The position numbers were made by a program, and so were the translations under genes. The notes beneath the pieces are model-generated. The model did no database searches. It was not told where the DNA came from and worked only from the letters and a program-made list of their open reading frames with translations. This document shows, in pieces, positions 1 to 12,709 of a stretch of DNA of 64,000 bases (positions within the stretch are counted from its first letter, which is position 1; the number at the start of each line of letters is the position of its first letter). This DNA is from Paramecium tetraurelia. Its lineage: Eukaryota. Where the stretch lies: positions 315,142-379,141 of the forward strand of contig CT868640.1 of NCBI GenBank assembly GCA_000165425.1, in the 5' to 3' direction.

Positions 1-1333
1 TAAGTAGAAGAGTAAATAAACAATAATTATAGAAATAAATAACTAGCATTTATTTAAAATCATTTTCGGATAAAGCTTTTTATTGTTTAGAATGCTCTAT
101 TATTACTTCTATATTACGGTAACAATTATTAACAAAGGGTACTATTGAGATCTGATCCCAGAGGAGGTTTCTTTGCTGATCTTCTATCCGGACTCTAAGT
201 AAACGCATAATTTTAGTGTATCTGAATAGGTTTGATTAGAGAATCTAACTAAATACTATCAATACCGTTTTGATCTTGAAGAAAAGGAGACTTTATTTCT
301 GGAAGCATCCAATTTTGATTTTTACACCCCTTCTGAGGACTAAAGTTTTCTTGCTGCAATTTAGATTTTCCCTTTTGCTTAAATTGGGTTGAGCCTGCAG
401 CATTCTTGTCGTTGTGCAAGGATAAATTCTTGGCTCTGGTGACTTTGTAATTGGTATCGAATAAATTGCAATTCTCTGTATCGAAAATGTTTCTGATGTC
501 CTGATCTTGAGGATCTCTGCTCTGCGTTCTCTGAGGACTGATCGACATGGAGTGTTTGACACTCACTTGGGTTTTTTTTGTAGGACTCTGATTGCCAAAC
601 ATTGTAATATTCTTATTTGCATAAGGAGTTTCCATTGTTGAGATGAGTTAGAGAAATTTCAATTTCTTGGCTTTGTCAGCGAGAGTTGTTATTTCCATCA
701 ATGGCAAGCTTCTGGATTGTAGAAATCTTTAATTTCTTTCTAAACTGGATGCGAATAATCTTTCTACATTCTCATTTTTCGATTGATGATACACGATTAG
801 ATTTGAGCAATATTGTCTAAATTAAGGGGGGAGCTCTTACTTGTTTAGAAGCATAATGTCGTAAAGTTTCCAAAAATCGATATCATAAAATTAGAACAAC
901 GTTCGATTTTATTAACTATTTAACTGCCACGAAGGAACTGATTTCTTCATTTGAATTTATGGGTTGCCCTCGTTTTATTGTTTGGTTTGTATTTCGCACC
1001 TTTTATGAACTTTAGTTAGTATAACAGCAAAATTCTATGCCTTATAATTAAGTATATCTCTGATGCTCAATACGTAATTAATGGCGTTTTGATTTTTGCA
1101 CTTCTCGATTAACTCCGATACTCTAATCTAGAATCGGTGGAACAATCTGCTTGTTTAAAAAATAATCGAAACTTTTTATCATGATCCTGAAGTTAGTAAT
1201 ATTTGTATTTATCAACTAGCAAGGGTATAGTTGTATCTAAATCGTTCTCCTTTTGATCAATAAATAATTGGATTCCTCTAAAGATAACATCTAAATCATC
1301 TGGATTAACTTCATTCAATTTATTTATTTCCAT
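1..1333 (-). CDS. Hypothetical protein, runs off the left edge of the window
   Basis: ATG at 1333 (MEINKLNEVNPDDLDVIFRGIQLF...), long open frame when TAA/TAG=Gln; contains ORF-track fragment 249-635; no recognisable domain. Confidence 0.6.
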
Positions 1334-1953
1334 TATATATGAAATAAAAACTTTATAAATGCATCACCCTTGACAACAGACCACAAGCACCATATAACCA
1401 CATTTCACCAATTTTATCAATAATACTCAAAACTACACGAATAATTGAAACCAATCATGAGAACTGATCTCTTAAACAATAACAAGAATTGAAATAATTA
1501 ATTTCATTAATTAATAATAATCCTGAATATTGATTACCATTGTTGAGAATGATTTTATTAAAATATTAAAGTAGAACTTTTGAAAGAGTTATGTTATTTT
1601 TAATCTCCATAATTATTGGTTCTCATCTTATTATCTTTCTTCTCAGAGATTTTCCTTTGAATTTTTTTACAATTTAAATTAAATAAAATAAAAACAAATT
1701 AAAAATAAACAAAAACATGAAAATAACACCTTAAATTCAAAAATATATTCTATTAAATATTTTAAGTAAAACTTTTTTAATATTTAGTACCAGTTACTGA
1801 TAAGATTCTCAATGATGAGTGACTAATAATCATTTCAATTGGTGTTTTAAAAATCTTAATTTAAGAACGTTCATAAAATTACTGTTTTATATTTCAATTT
1901 GCATATTAAAATCTTGAATAATTTATAAAATTAATAACAATACTTTGTTTTTA

Positions 1954-2589
1954 ATGGGGAGTTGTGCGTAATGTAACACAAAATCAGAAGTCGTAGAAAG
2001 TGATATGCATTAAAAACACGAGAGTGTACATACCAAGTTATTGGAATTGAATCAAATCACTATGGTTACAATCTTTCAAAGAATGAAAGTTAATAACAAG
2101 ATGGAAATTGATTAACTAAGTGACAAAGTTTTTGAGGATTCTTTAAAAGTGAGCGAAGTGAATCAAGAAATAACTTTAATATAAAGTATTCATGAATCTC
2201 TAAAGAGAAAATAGAGACAATACAGCTTCTAGGAATGCATGAACGTGTTTAATAGCTCTAAGAGGGGTTTATAAAAGGAATCCATTAATAAACTACAAAT
2301 TCGAATGACAGATCCAAATATTCCTAAAAATCTATCCCATTCTTCAAGTTCAAATCACTAATTTCGTGAATTCAACAAACAATTTAAAGTTAGTGAGAAA
2401 TAACATATAGAGTTCGAAGAATCTATAAAAAGCATATTAAAAAAGACTACATTGAGAAATAGTGAAAGTAAATCAGTTCATTTTGCTCGGAATACAAATT
2501 CAAGTCAAACATAGATGAAATCTAGATCTTGTAATCATTCAAAAAAAAAGAGAAAAAAAATATAACAATTTGACAATTATAAATTTTGA
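1954..2589 (+). CDS. Hypothetical 211-aa protein with N-terminal acylation motif and PP1-docking-like motifs
   Basis: Intronless frame MGSCAQC... to TGA 2587-2589 (636 nt); contains KSILKK and KSVHF. Confidence 0.7.
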
Positions 2590-2602
2590 ATGTAACTTTT
2601 GT

Positions 2603-4969
2603 TCATTTCTTACCTTTGGCAGCACCCTTTTCATCCTCAGGTTTAGGACCAATCCCCAATAAAGCATCTTTGAATTTTTAGTATTCATTTTCAAAGTTGG
2701 CTATTTCATCCAGAACCTTAGTCTATTTGATGATAAAAGAATAAATATACATCGCCGGATTGTTTTGTTTCTTTTGCAGGCTAAGCTTGAATTTCTTTTT
2801 CATTTTGTTATTTTGCTTATTATTCTCTGATTTTGAATCTTTCAGAGTAGTAATTTACTCTTTTGACTTCTCTTTCCCAGAATAATCTCATAGCCTTGAC
2901 TTCATTTCCTTAATCTTTACACAAACTTTAAGGAAATTCAAGTAAATGCAATGTACCATCTGAATCGCCAATTGCCACAATATGAGCCATATTATCATTG
3001 AATTTCAATGATGTAATAGCACATGCTACTACCTAGAATTGAATAGTCCATTTATGAGATTAATCCAACATATCCCAAACATCCAAATTACCGTCTGTCT
3101 TTCCTACAATAATGACACCAGCACGATAAGGAGAGAATCCTCCACAAGTAATATGGGCACCTTTCATGATGAGACTTTCAAAAATTGGAAAAGTAACATT
3201 ATGTTTCCAAACACAAAAGTTGAAATCATGCAATGTCAGTAGTACATCTTCAAAGAATGGACTTACATCCAAAGCAATAGGTGGTCTCATACTTCGTTAT
3301 TATTACCAAATTGAAGATACCAATTAATTCTTTTATCCCTCTTCCCCTTGTTTTTCTCCCCAATCCATAATGAAGACTTCTCCTTCATCTGATGTGCCTG
3401 ATAAAGTTGGAGTTTTTTAATCTATTGGCATTAAATTGAGAAATTACTTTTCCTGAATTATATTTATCCTCCACTCATCATTCCTCCTCCTTCTGGTCTA
3501 TACAACTATATTCCATAGGTGGCTTTCCAAGGAATAGTTGAGATCTAGTTGATTAAGTGAAAATGATTAATACGTCTTATTGTGTCTTTTTGCTATCCTT
3601 GTCAATCAATCTGGTGTCCCAAAATAGAATTTATCCATCTGAACTAATACTAGCAAATTGATAGGTTTCTTGAGAGGATGTAAGTATCAGATGATTGAAA
3701 TGCTTCTTATCGAATTCCATTCCAATGGGGAACCATTTGACAGCCAAGACAAAATTCTTGTGAGATGCAACTTGTTTTCTCAAGACTTCATTAGATGAGC
3801 CAGCCTGATATGATGCAGGATCTTGTAGTGCTGATACCATTTTGGGTTGAAGTTCTTGAATTTCATCTTAAAATAGTGAGAATTTGATGAATACTTCGTT
3901 CTTATTTAGTTTTTTATGTTTTTTTGGATGCAAAAACAGAGAGAGCTGTGCCACTGAGATCCCATAACATCACTTAGCCATTGATAGTGCCACCTACGAT
4001 TATATTGGGATCCTTGGGATTGAATTCAAAAGAGAGGATCTCAAGGGGAGATTGCAATAGGAGCACTGGTTCAATTGAATGAATGTCTTCGAAATCCCAG
4101 AATACAATGAGTGATTTATGGGATTTCAATTGATAGATGGCTCTTTCTTCAAAGAGGAGGTTTTCGACGAAGGATTCTGCAACGATATACTTGGATTTGA
4201 TGGCTTAACTAGTGGGTTGGAATTGAATGCATTGTATTTTTTTACCTTTACAATTTAAGTAACTGAAACTTTTGATTTCTTTGATCACATTAGTAAGCTC
4301 AGCATTTTAATCTAAGATTGGGATAGTGAATTTATGATACCTCCATTTTGTTCTGAGAGTGGCAAGACATTGAAATCGTCCTAATAGATATCAATAGTTT
4401 CATTCGATTACAACGCTTCCTCCATCAATGGATAAACTGTCTCCAAGAATTTAAGCAATTTAAAGTCTTCATCTGGCTATTCTTATCTCTCATCCCCTTC
4501 ATCGACTTGCAAAGCCTTATTAATTTTTCTATTCCAGACAGTCTAAGAACTGGCGTCCTGGAAAGGGTTGCATCCTTGTATGCCCATCTCAATGACCTTA
4601 TTTTTGACGAGTTGAAGGGGATCCTTCTCTAGAGCCTTGATCTCACCTGTTCTCTCAGATGTCTCCTAATCGCTGAATTTGAATGTCAAACTAAATGCTT
4701 ATTATGGGGCCTTACCCAAATTCTTTTCTCTTTTTAATAAATTGCATCTTGATGAGGGGCCTGTCTTTCACAGTAAAGGATTGGATTTCCTTGATGGATA
4801 ATTAGAAATGCCAATTTACCTAAATAGTTTCATCTTCATGATCCGTTTTGTATGGTCTGGGTTCTAGGGGCTTCTCTTCAACGAAGTCGTCATCTCCTGA
4901 TGAATCTAATTGGGAATAGGGAATGTGTCAATATATACCTCCAGGATCACTTGGGTCATTGTTGTTCAT
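2603..4969 (-). CDS. DNAI3: WD40 axonemal dynein intermediate chain (WDR63/IC140-like)
   Basis: MEEALQSNETIDIYQDDFNVL, ALDVSPFFEDVLLT, FSPYRAGVIIVGKTDGNLDVWDMLD, VAIGDSDGTLHLLEFP; several short introns. Confidence 0.8.
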
Positions 4970-4976
4970 TAATAAT

Positions 4977-7337
4977 ATGAATATTAAACAAATTAGTGGG
5001 ATTGCATAATCATTAATTTTGATAGCTTACTTAAGCATAAACCCCATCCATTATCAACTGATATTGAGCGTATTGGGAGTCTTAATGTAGATGGTTGTTT
5101 TGAAATGGAAAAAACATGAAGACATTATTACTGAAATATCTTAGGTATTGTTGACAGTGCCAATGGGAATCATTTAGACCGATGTTTGCAGCACCTTAAT
5201 AGTAACCCTGCAACTGATCCAAATGAAACCATCTAAATTTCTCCTATTTAAACTATCCTATGTTGTAATTTTGGGGATGGTTATGCATGGAGAAGTATCT
5301 CAAATTGTCCTGATATGTTTGTCCTTCCTTACTTTTGCAGTTGATTCCTTATTGGAACAACCCAAATTCTCATATTCACCAATCCACCTCTCGAACAAGA
5401 AATTGCGGGAGGAGAATGAACTAGATAAAACTGATAAGTCTGACAAAATACATCTCCAATCCATAGCGTATAGTGACAATTAGGCTGGACACAGAACGAG
5501 TGCCAAATGTAAAATAAATTCATATAATTCAATTAGATCAATTTCTCTAAATCCTAGATGAATTCCCCGATGGAGTAGCTCTCATAATATTTGATGAAAA
5601 TCGATTGCCTCAAGTTGATTTCTGCAATCAAACCATGATGAACCTATTGCAAACCACTCAATCAGATTTACTGAGTTCTTTAATGTCACTCAAGAATCTG
5701 CATATCATGAAGAAGAGTCAATAAACCTAGGATCTGGCCACCTCAATATCCACTTACAAAAGTATGTATTCCCCAGAAAAGAACAAAATCGGAATTGTCA
5801 GATCCATCTACCGAGCCTCAACCACAGTTCAGAATCACAAGTGTGACTAATTCTTCAATACAAAATTGAAATTTTCCAAAAATGTAAACTGCATTTTCAA
5901 TAAAAATAGCCTTTCAAAATGGCCCTGGAATAGGCCATTCTGCAAATCCATTCGTAGGAAGTGCAATCCCTATTAACAAAAACTCAGATTGGTTTTGACT
6001 TACACACTATTTTGAATGGCTACACAACCTCGCAATCCAAAAAGGATGTCTGCATTGAAATCAAACTATTTATATCCTATCTCAATGATCAACCCTAATT
6101 ACTCATATTAACAAGAGACGTCTCCTACAAAGATTACATCAAATCAATTAATCAACATAGCAAAGCCAAATCAAATTCATTGAATTTTGTTTCTCATGAA
6201 ATTAGAACTCCAATCAAATGCATCATTCAATTGTTGGAAGAGATAGAATAGAAAAATGACACCATCAAGAATGTTCTCTGGAATTGTTATTACCTATTGA
6301 ACTTCAGTCATGATTTGCTTGATCTGGCCTAAATCAAAGTTGGTAAATTTAAATTGCACAAAATCAAATTCAATTTAGAATAATTGATTTTATAATTATT
6401 TGACTTATTTAGAATAGAAGCAAGGAGAAATTCAATTGCTTTGAAATTGGAATACGATGAAGATGCCCCCAAATAAATATTTAACGATGATGTAAGAATA
6501 AAACAGGTGTTGATTAATTTGATTGGAAATGCCTTCAAATTCACTATCGAAGGCAGTATAACAGTAAGTGTCATTGATTAAAAGGATGGAACTTTCGAAA
6601 TTAAGATCACTGATACTGGCTTTGGAATCAGAGAGGAGGATAAGAAGAAATTAATCAAAGCATTTGGTCGATTAGATGATGATGAAACCAAATAATTCAA
6701 TCGATCTGGTGTTGGATTAGGATTACTAATAAGTAACATGATATGCAAATCCCTTTCAACCAAGGAGTCCGGCATCAAAATAGAGTCAGAACTGTATAAA
6801 GGCAGTTCTTTTTCATTTGAAATAGATCATGAGACTGTGTATGATACTGTCATCATTTGTGACAATGAGAGCAACAACGAAGAAGAAGACCAAGTGATAG
6901 TTGAAGCCTAACCTCGAGTCCAACGCATATATTCCAATCAAGCCTTTCGACAGAGGGAATTATTAGTTATTGATGACAATCAATTCAACATTGATATTTT
7001 AATTAGGCTCTTCAATGGCAAGGGAATCAATAGAATCGATTATGCCATTAGTTGCCAACATGCTTTGAAAATTCTAGATGAGAGAATTAGAAATCATATA
7101 TTTTACAGAGTCATTCTCCTTGACATCGAAATGCCCATTATTGATGGGTTTGGCACTGCAAAAATGATCAAATAGTATGTCAATGAAACCATGGCTACGA
7201 TGCCTGTACTTATAGCAGTAAGTGGACATGGATTACACATGAAACAATAGGCTTTGAACAATGGATTTGTGGATTATTATGAAAAACCATTAAAAGCAGG
7301 AGACATTGAGGAAATCATCACTCGTTATCTACAATGA
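4977..7337 (+). CDS. Membrane-bound hybrid sensor histidine kinase / response regulator
   Basis: Hydrophobic N-terminus; H-box FVSHEIRTP, N-box RIKQVLINLIGNAFKFT, G1 ITDTGFGI, G2 GVGLGLLIS; receiver LVIDDNQFN, LLDIEMP, EKP; introns 5509-5536 and 5884-5909 restore frame; start could instead be 5085. Confidence 0.9.
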
Positions 7338-7382
7338 TTTTATTTTTATAATAATACTAATTTAAATTAAAATTATCGTTAG

Positions 7383-7815
7383 ATGTTTGTTTGCTGCGGA
7401 AAAAAGAAGAAGGATCGGAAACATGCTTCATTAGGGAATCTTCATTAGTTAAATTTAATCTGTTAAGATGGACTCTACTTCGATAAGAATCTTAAAATAA
7501 TTACAGAATTCAATAAAACAAATGTATTGATAATTTATTTAATTGCAATTTAGTTTTGTGATACCCTATAAGGAAACTGTAAATATTATTGTCCAATCTG
7601 CTTCAAATATTACGACTGTAAAATGCGATCACAATTTTATAGGTATGCTCCATACAACTTGCTGTTCCAATTACGTCTGCCATGTTTGTGCAGTGTAATC
7701 TCTCGCCAATAAAATGTACAATTGTCATTATTGTCGAAATGAGCACTGCAAATATGTAGATGTAGATCCTGCACATTAGTTAAAAATATACATAGATTCA
7801 CATACTAACTTATGA
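7383..7815 (+). CDS. Small RING-finger protein
   Basis: MFVCCGKKKK N-terminus; CPIC...CCSNYVCHVC...CHYC; short introns. Confidence 0.7.
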
Positions 7816-7838
7816 AATTTATATTAATTAATATACAA

Positions 7839-8535
7839 ATGTAAAAAGTAGATTACATCTTTAAGATTGTATTAATAGGATCCTAGAATGTCGGCAAATC
7901 TTCTCTTATGGCCAGATTCATAGATCAAGTTTTTAATGATAGTTATTTGTCCACAGTTGGGGTTGACTTTAGAATCAAAACCCTTTCCATCCATGATAAA
8001 ACGTAACTAAGTACCCACGCTTATTAGTATTAAAATGCAAATCTGGGACACAGCTGGATAAGAACGCTTTCAAGCTTTAACGCAATCTCACTACAAAGGA
8101 GCTCATGGTTGTATTGCTGTATTTGATGTTACAAATGAAAGGTACTTGTCCAATACATATGATTCCTAAGATCTTTTGAGGATGCCAAGAAGTTCTTAAA
8201 ATTAGTAATTGAAGAACATGGCTTGATTCCTGAAGCATGCTATTTAATCGCAAATAAGGTTGATTTAGTCAATAAAAGAGTGGTACATGAATCAGCCATT
8301 TAGTTAGATCCTTGGTAAGAATGGCAATGATTTTGCACATGAAATAGGTGTCAATTATTTGGAAACATCTGCTAAAACTGGTGACAATGTCAATTAATTG
8401 TTTTTGGATTTGGGCAAAATTATCTTAAATTTGGTAGATTAGAAACGTACGATTGCGCAGCCTCCTGAAAACGATACTAGATTAAGGACATTAGATACAT
8501 AAAAAATAGAGTAGGAATAAGGTTGTAAGTGCTGA
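7839..8535 (+). CDS. Rab GTPase (divergent Rab1/8-like)
   Basis: GSQNVGKS, STVGVDF, WDTAGQERF, NKVD, ETSAK, C-terminal CKC; three short introns. Confidence 0.92.
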
Positions 8536-8981
8536 AATCTATTCTTAAATATCAATATAATTTATTAGAAATTAACTTAATAATATAAATTTAATAATCT
8601 TGTTAACATTTGAATCAGAATCGAATCATTATTATTGTTCTCAATTTAATTCGCACTATGTAAATGAGCTTGTTTGAAGATTAGGATCAAAATTAAATTA
8701 AATTACAAAAAATTAATGTTAAAATTTAGAATTATTATTCTACTTGTTTAACAAATTTAGATCATTTTTTATGGATCTCTAAATGAATGTAATTGGAAAT
8801 GTTAAAAGAATTTTGATCAAAGAAACTCTGATATAGAATTAATTGTTATAAATAAGAATTATCCCTTTAAAGATAAAAAGGATTTTAAATTTATATCAAT
8901 AAAAAGAGATATATCTTGATATCAAATAAATAATTATTTTCTTTAAATTTAAATAATAATGTAAAAATTATGAAATAATAT

Positions 8982-9950
8982 TCATTTATTTAAGTATTTA
9001 TTACTATTATCTTCCAATCCTCTTTTTTTTGATTTACTTTTAGTAATATTGTTATTTGATTTTAAATCTTCAATTTCTTATTTCAAAGTTTATATTAATT
9101 GTTTTTACTATTATCTAATGAATTCACTTTTCTCAAAATTTTCCTATAATCTCTATTACTCCTACTCAATTTGACCATATTTTTCATTTTATTATAAAGC
9201 TTTTTTCAATTTTTTGCTGAACTAGTCTATTTACTATTGCATTTGTTAATTCTTTTGTTTTTCTTTAATTAATTGAGCCCTGTCATCTTCCCATTATTTT
9301 CTTAATTAAGACACTTTAATTTGCAATTGTTAAACATCTTATTATTGGGTGCTTATACCCCTCTGTTAAGAACTCTGAGATTTTTCTTTACTCTTTGATT
9401 TTGCTTGGCTTGAAGATTTTCTTTATGCTTTAGATTGAGATAGCTTGTTCTCTGCACTTTCAATATTCTTTTCTAATTATTAGAATTTGTTCTTCCTCTC
9501 CTCATGAAATGACTACTTATTGAGTGTTTTATTTGAATGTTCTTACTCTGTAAATTTAATCTGTTTTTTATGCGATGACTAAATATGACTGTATTTATTC
9601 TTTAAAGGCGTTTCATCGTCGGAATCCTTGATCTCCTATTGTTGCACTAAATGATTAGGTTGAATTTGCTTGTCAATATTTTTTTGAATTCTTGCCTCAA
9701 TTGTAACAATCTTATCTTAGATTTCTTTCAAATCGCCATTAGTAGTGCGTTTAGTTTATGAGGTAGGATTGTTACTTAAAGCTCTAATGCTAGAATGCTG
9801 AATTGATTCTTATTCAAAATAGGAGGAAGGTTATGTTTTTTAGAGATAACTTGGGGCATTATTGCATTTGAGCATATCAAGTTCCTTGTCTAGGAGAGTA
9901 TTAAGAAAACTAAGTTTCTCCGAAGGAATGGGACTTTAATTTAATTGCAT
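8982..9950 (-). CDS. Hypothetical coiled-coil protein (~322 aa)
   Basis: 969-nt span from ATG 9950 to TGA 8982 in ciliate code; Q/E/K-rich C-terminal half. Confidence 0.65.
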
Positions 9951-9982
9951 TTGAAAATTTTAAATATATTACAGTTGCCATT

Positions 9983-10607
9983 TCATTATAGGTTCAATTA
10001 GAATTCCTAATAATCACTTTTTGGAACCATGTCAATTACTGCCTCCAATAATCCATTTGGCAATACTCCACCAGGTCTCCAATATTAATTGGCACCAACC
10101 TCATTTCCAGTTGGCATTCTAACGCCAAACTTCTCAGGGAAAGGAACATCAATTCTACTCAGTCTTCTGTTTTGCCATCCTCCTGGAGTGACGCCAAGAT
10201 TTCTTTCCACAATTGATAAATTGCCATTTGCTGTTTTAAGGAGTTAATCCATTTAGGATTTAGGTATCACAAATATACCATTTTTATTTCCTACAAATTC
10301 TCTGCCATTGTTATCCAACCATGCTGTTGTGATGATAAATGATGCCCCGTATCTGAAATACTTCAAATGTTAGTCGATATATTCTTAATTCATATACTCT
10401 TATGGTTAAGGTCTATTTCCCTTAGGTTTGGCAACAACTAGTTCTTCAGTCCATCCAGAATGATAAATTAGAGAAATTTTATCTTTTTTTCTTGGTGGAT
10501 CCTTTGGATCTACTTCGTAGCAAGAGTCCTTTTTAGATTTATCCCAAAAATACTTATTGCGTATTTGCCACTATAAGTGTGACAATCAAGAGCCATAGTA
10601 CTTTCAT
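9983..10607 (-). CDS. Secreted 199-aa protein resembling a bacterial polymorphic-toxin C-terminal domain
   Basis: Signal peptide MKVLWLLIVTLIVANTQQ; 25-nt GTA..AG intron at 10529-10553 gives a 600-nt CDS; PKGNRPQPQEYMNQEYIDQHL...GASF...RIDVP...RMPTGNEVGANQYWRPGGVLPNGLLEAVID. Confidence 0.75.
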
Positions 10608-11207
10608 ATGTAAAACGAATAATTATATAAAATATATTATCCTCAAATTATTATTAAAATCAGCTTCCAAGCACATGTTACTAATGTTATTTTGTTATTT
10701 TTGCACATCAATTCAAAAGATAAACCACATATATCAAGTTGGAATAAGGAGTGAAGAATGATTAATGTAGTAAAACTCTTGCTTATTTTATTAATTTGAA
10801 TTAGAATGAAGAAATAATTAACATCTTTAGATTCCATCCAATTCTAAGTTGAATTTGTAATACTATTGGAAAATAAATTAATCCACTAAGATTAATAAAT
10901 ATTTTATAGTAAAAATTTGTTTTATCTATTATTTTTGGCTGTGTAAATTATTTTTAAATTAATTCAATCTTTGTCTCTCATGATTCAAATTGCCAATAGT
11001 TCTTTATCTCCCAATAATTTGAGTTATTTGGATGTATGAATCAACTTAATTTTATGAAGTAATTAAAGATTATAAATATACGTTGATTAATTAAATATGG
11101 AATCTATGTATAGTATTGGTTATTTGTTGTGTAATTAACAAAATCGATTACAAATTTTTTAATTAAAATTACGTAAATTGTTAAAGAATTCTTTTTATTA
11201 ATATAAA

Positions 11208-12674
11208 ATGAGCGAACTTTAATTAATTAGCCCGCTCTATTAACAGGGTTCTGTTATGAAAGAGTTAACAATTGCTTCACTCCAGACTGCGATGAGCTTT
11301 TTGCTGGAATATCTACCCAATACGATATCAATTTATTTGCTAGAATTCAAGGAGGATTCTGTAATAGTAGGGGCTTTGGGATTGGGAATTCTTACAACAT
11401 AAGCTTTCGGAATGGGAATTCTTAATGGTCTTGCTACCGGCTTGGAAACCTTAGTATCTCAAGCTTATGGGGCAAATCATTACGAATTATGTGCAAAGTT
11501 GTATTATAGATCGTTGTTTTTGTGCACATTGTTTATGATTCCAATTGCGCTCTTCTTGATCTTTTCAACTCAAATAATATCCTTTATCAACAAGTACAAG
11601 TGCTGGTTTACTTTAGCAATACAGAATTAGCAGAAGAAACAGGACGTTTCAATAGATATATGATTTTAGCAGTATACTTAAATGCGATCTTTGTGAACAC
11701 CAAGGTGTTTTTGAATGGTTAAAACATTTACAAATATCAATTCTACACTCAACTAGTGACATGTAGTCTGTTTGTTGGCATAAGTTATTTTTTCATTGTG
11801 AAACAAGAGTTGGGAATAGTGGGTTGTGCATTAAGTTTGACCTCCTTAGATCTGTTGAATAACATAATTTTATTTTCGTTAATTTTCGTAACCAAATGCA
11901 GTTAGGCTACTTTATATAAATTTAAATTGAGCTACTTAAAGAATACAACTAAATTTTTGAAGGAAGCAATACCAATAGGTTCAATATTATGGTTGGAGTG
12001 GATAAGCTTTGATTTTTATGTGATTTTGGTGAGTTATCTAAACACATCAACAATTAGTGCTCATGTACTGATGTCTAATTTTGCAGGATTCTTATATCAA
12101 TTTAGTTATGGCATTTCGATAGCATCGACGACATTTGTGGGAAATGAAATGGGAAGAAAGAAGGTGGATATGGCTAAAAAGTATACCAAGGCCACATTTT
12201 TGATTGATGGAATCTTCCTATTGATAATAGTAGGGTTATTCTCAATTTTCGGAAAGAAAATAGTTAATTAATTGAGTGAAGATGAAGTAGTTGTAGAAGA
12301 AATCTATAATTCAATGTTTCTTATGGTGGCATTCATTATTTTAGATGGTAAGATTATATATTAAAATTAAAGGTCTATAAGCGATCATCTCAGGATTAGT
12401 AAGAGCCATAGGAAGAGAAGCCAGTGCTTCCATTACATTCATATTATGCTATTTAGTGTTTGGGGAAATAATAGGATATTTGCTTTGTTATACTGCTGAG
12501 ATTGGACTTAAGGGAGTGTGGATTGGCATTGTGATAGGAGCTTCGGCTTATGATGTTATATAATTTTTGAATTTAATATGGAAAGATTGGAATGAGTTGG
12601 CTGAGATCATTCTTGATAAATTAATGCTTTTACATTAACAATAGAATTTTGTACTTTAGGATGATGAAATGTGA
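11208..12674 (+). CDS. MATE-family multidrug/toxin efflux transporter
   Basis: GLATGLETLVSQAYGA, AIPIGSILWLEW, GISIASTTFVGNEMG, GLKGVWIG; many TM segments; two short introns. Confidence 0.92.
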
Positions 12675-12709
12675 AAAATAAATTAAATATTTATATTTAT
12701 ATTGATTTC

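Noticed and set aside
1339..1467. 42-aa plus-strand ORF
   Set aside because: Short, no motif, no independent support
6329..6778. Minus-strand ORFs of 81 and 66 aa in the ORF track
   Set aside because: Antisense shadows of the histidine kinase ATPase domain
10579..10837. Short ORFs beside the toxin-like gene as a possible immunity gene
   Set aside because: AT-rich, low-complexity, no recognisable motif; one starts at GTG and overlaps the gene's 5' end antisense
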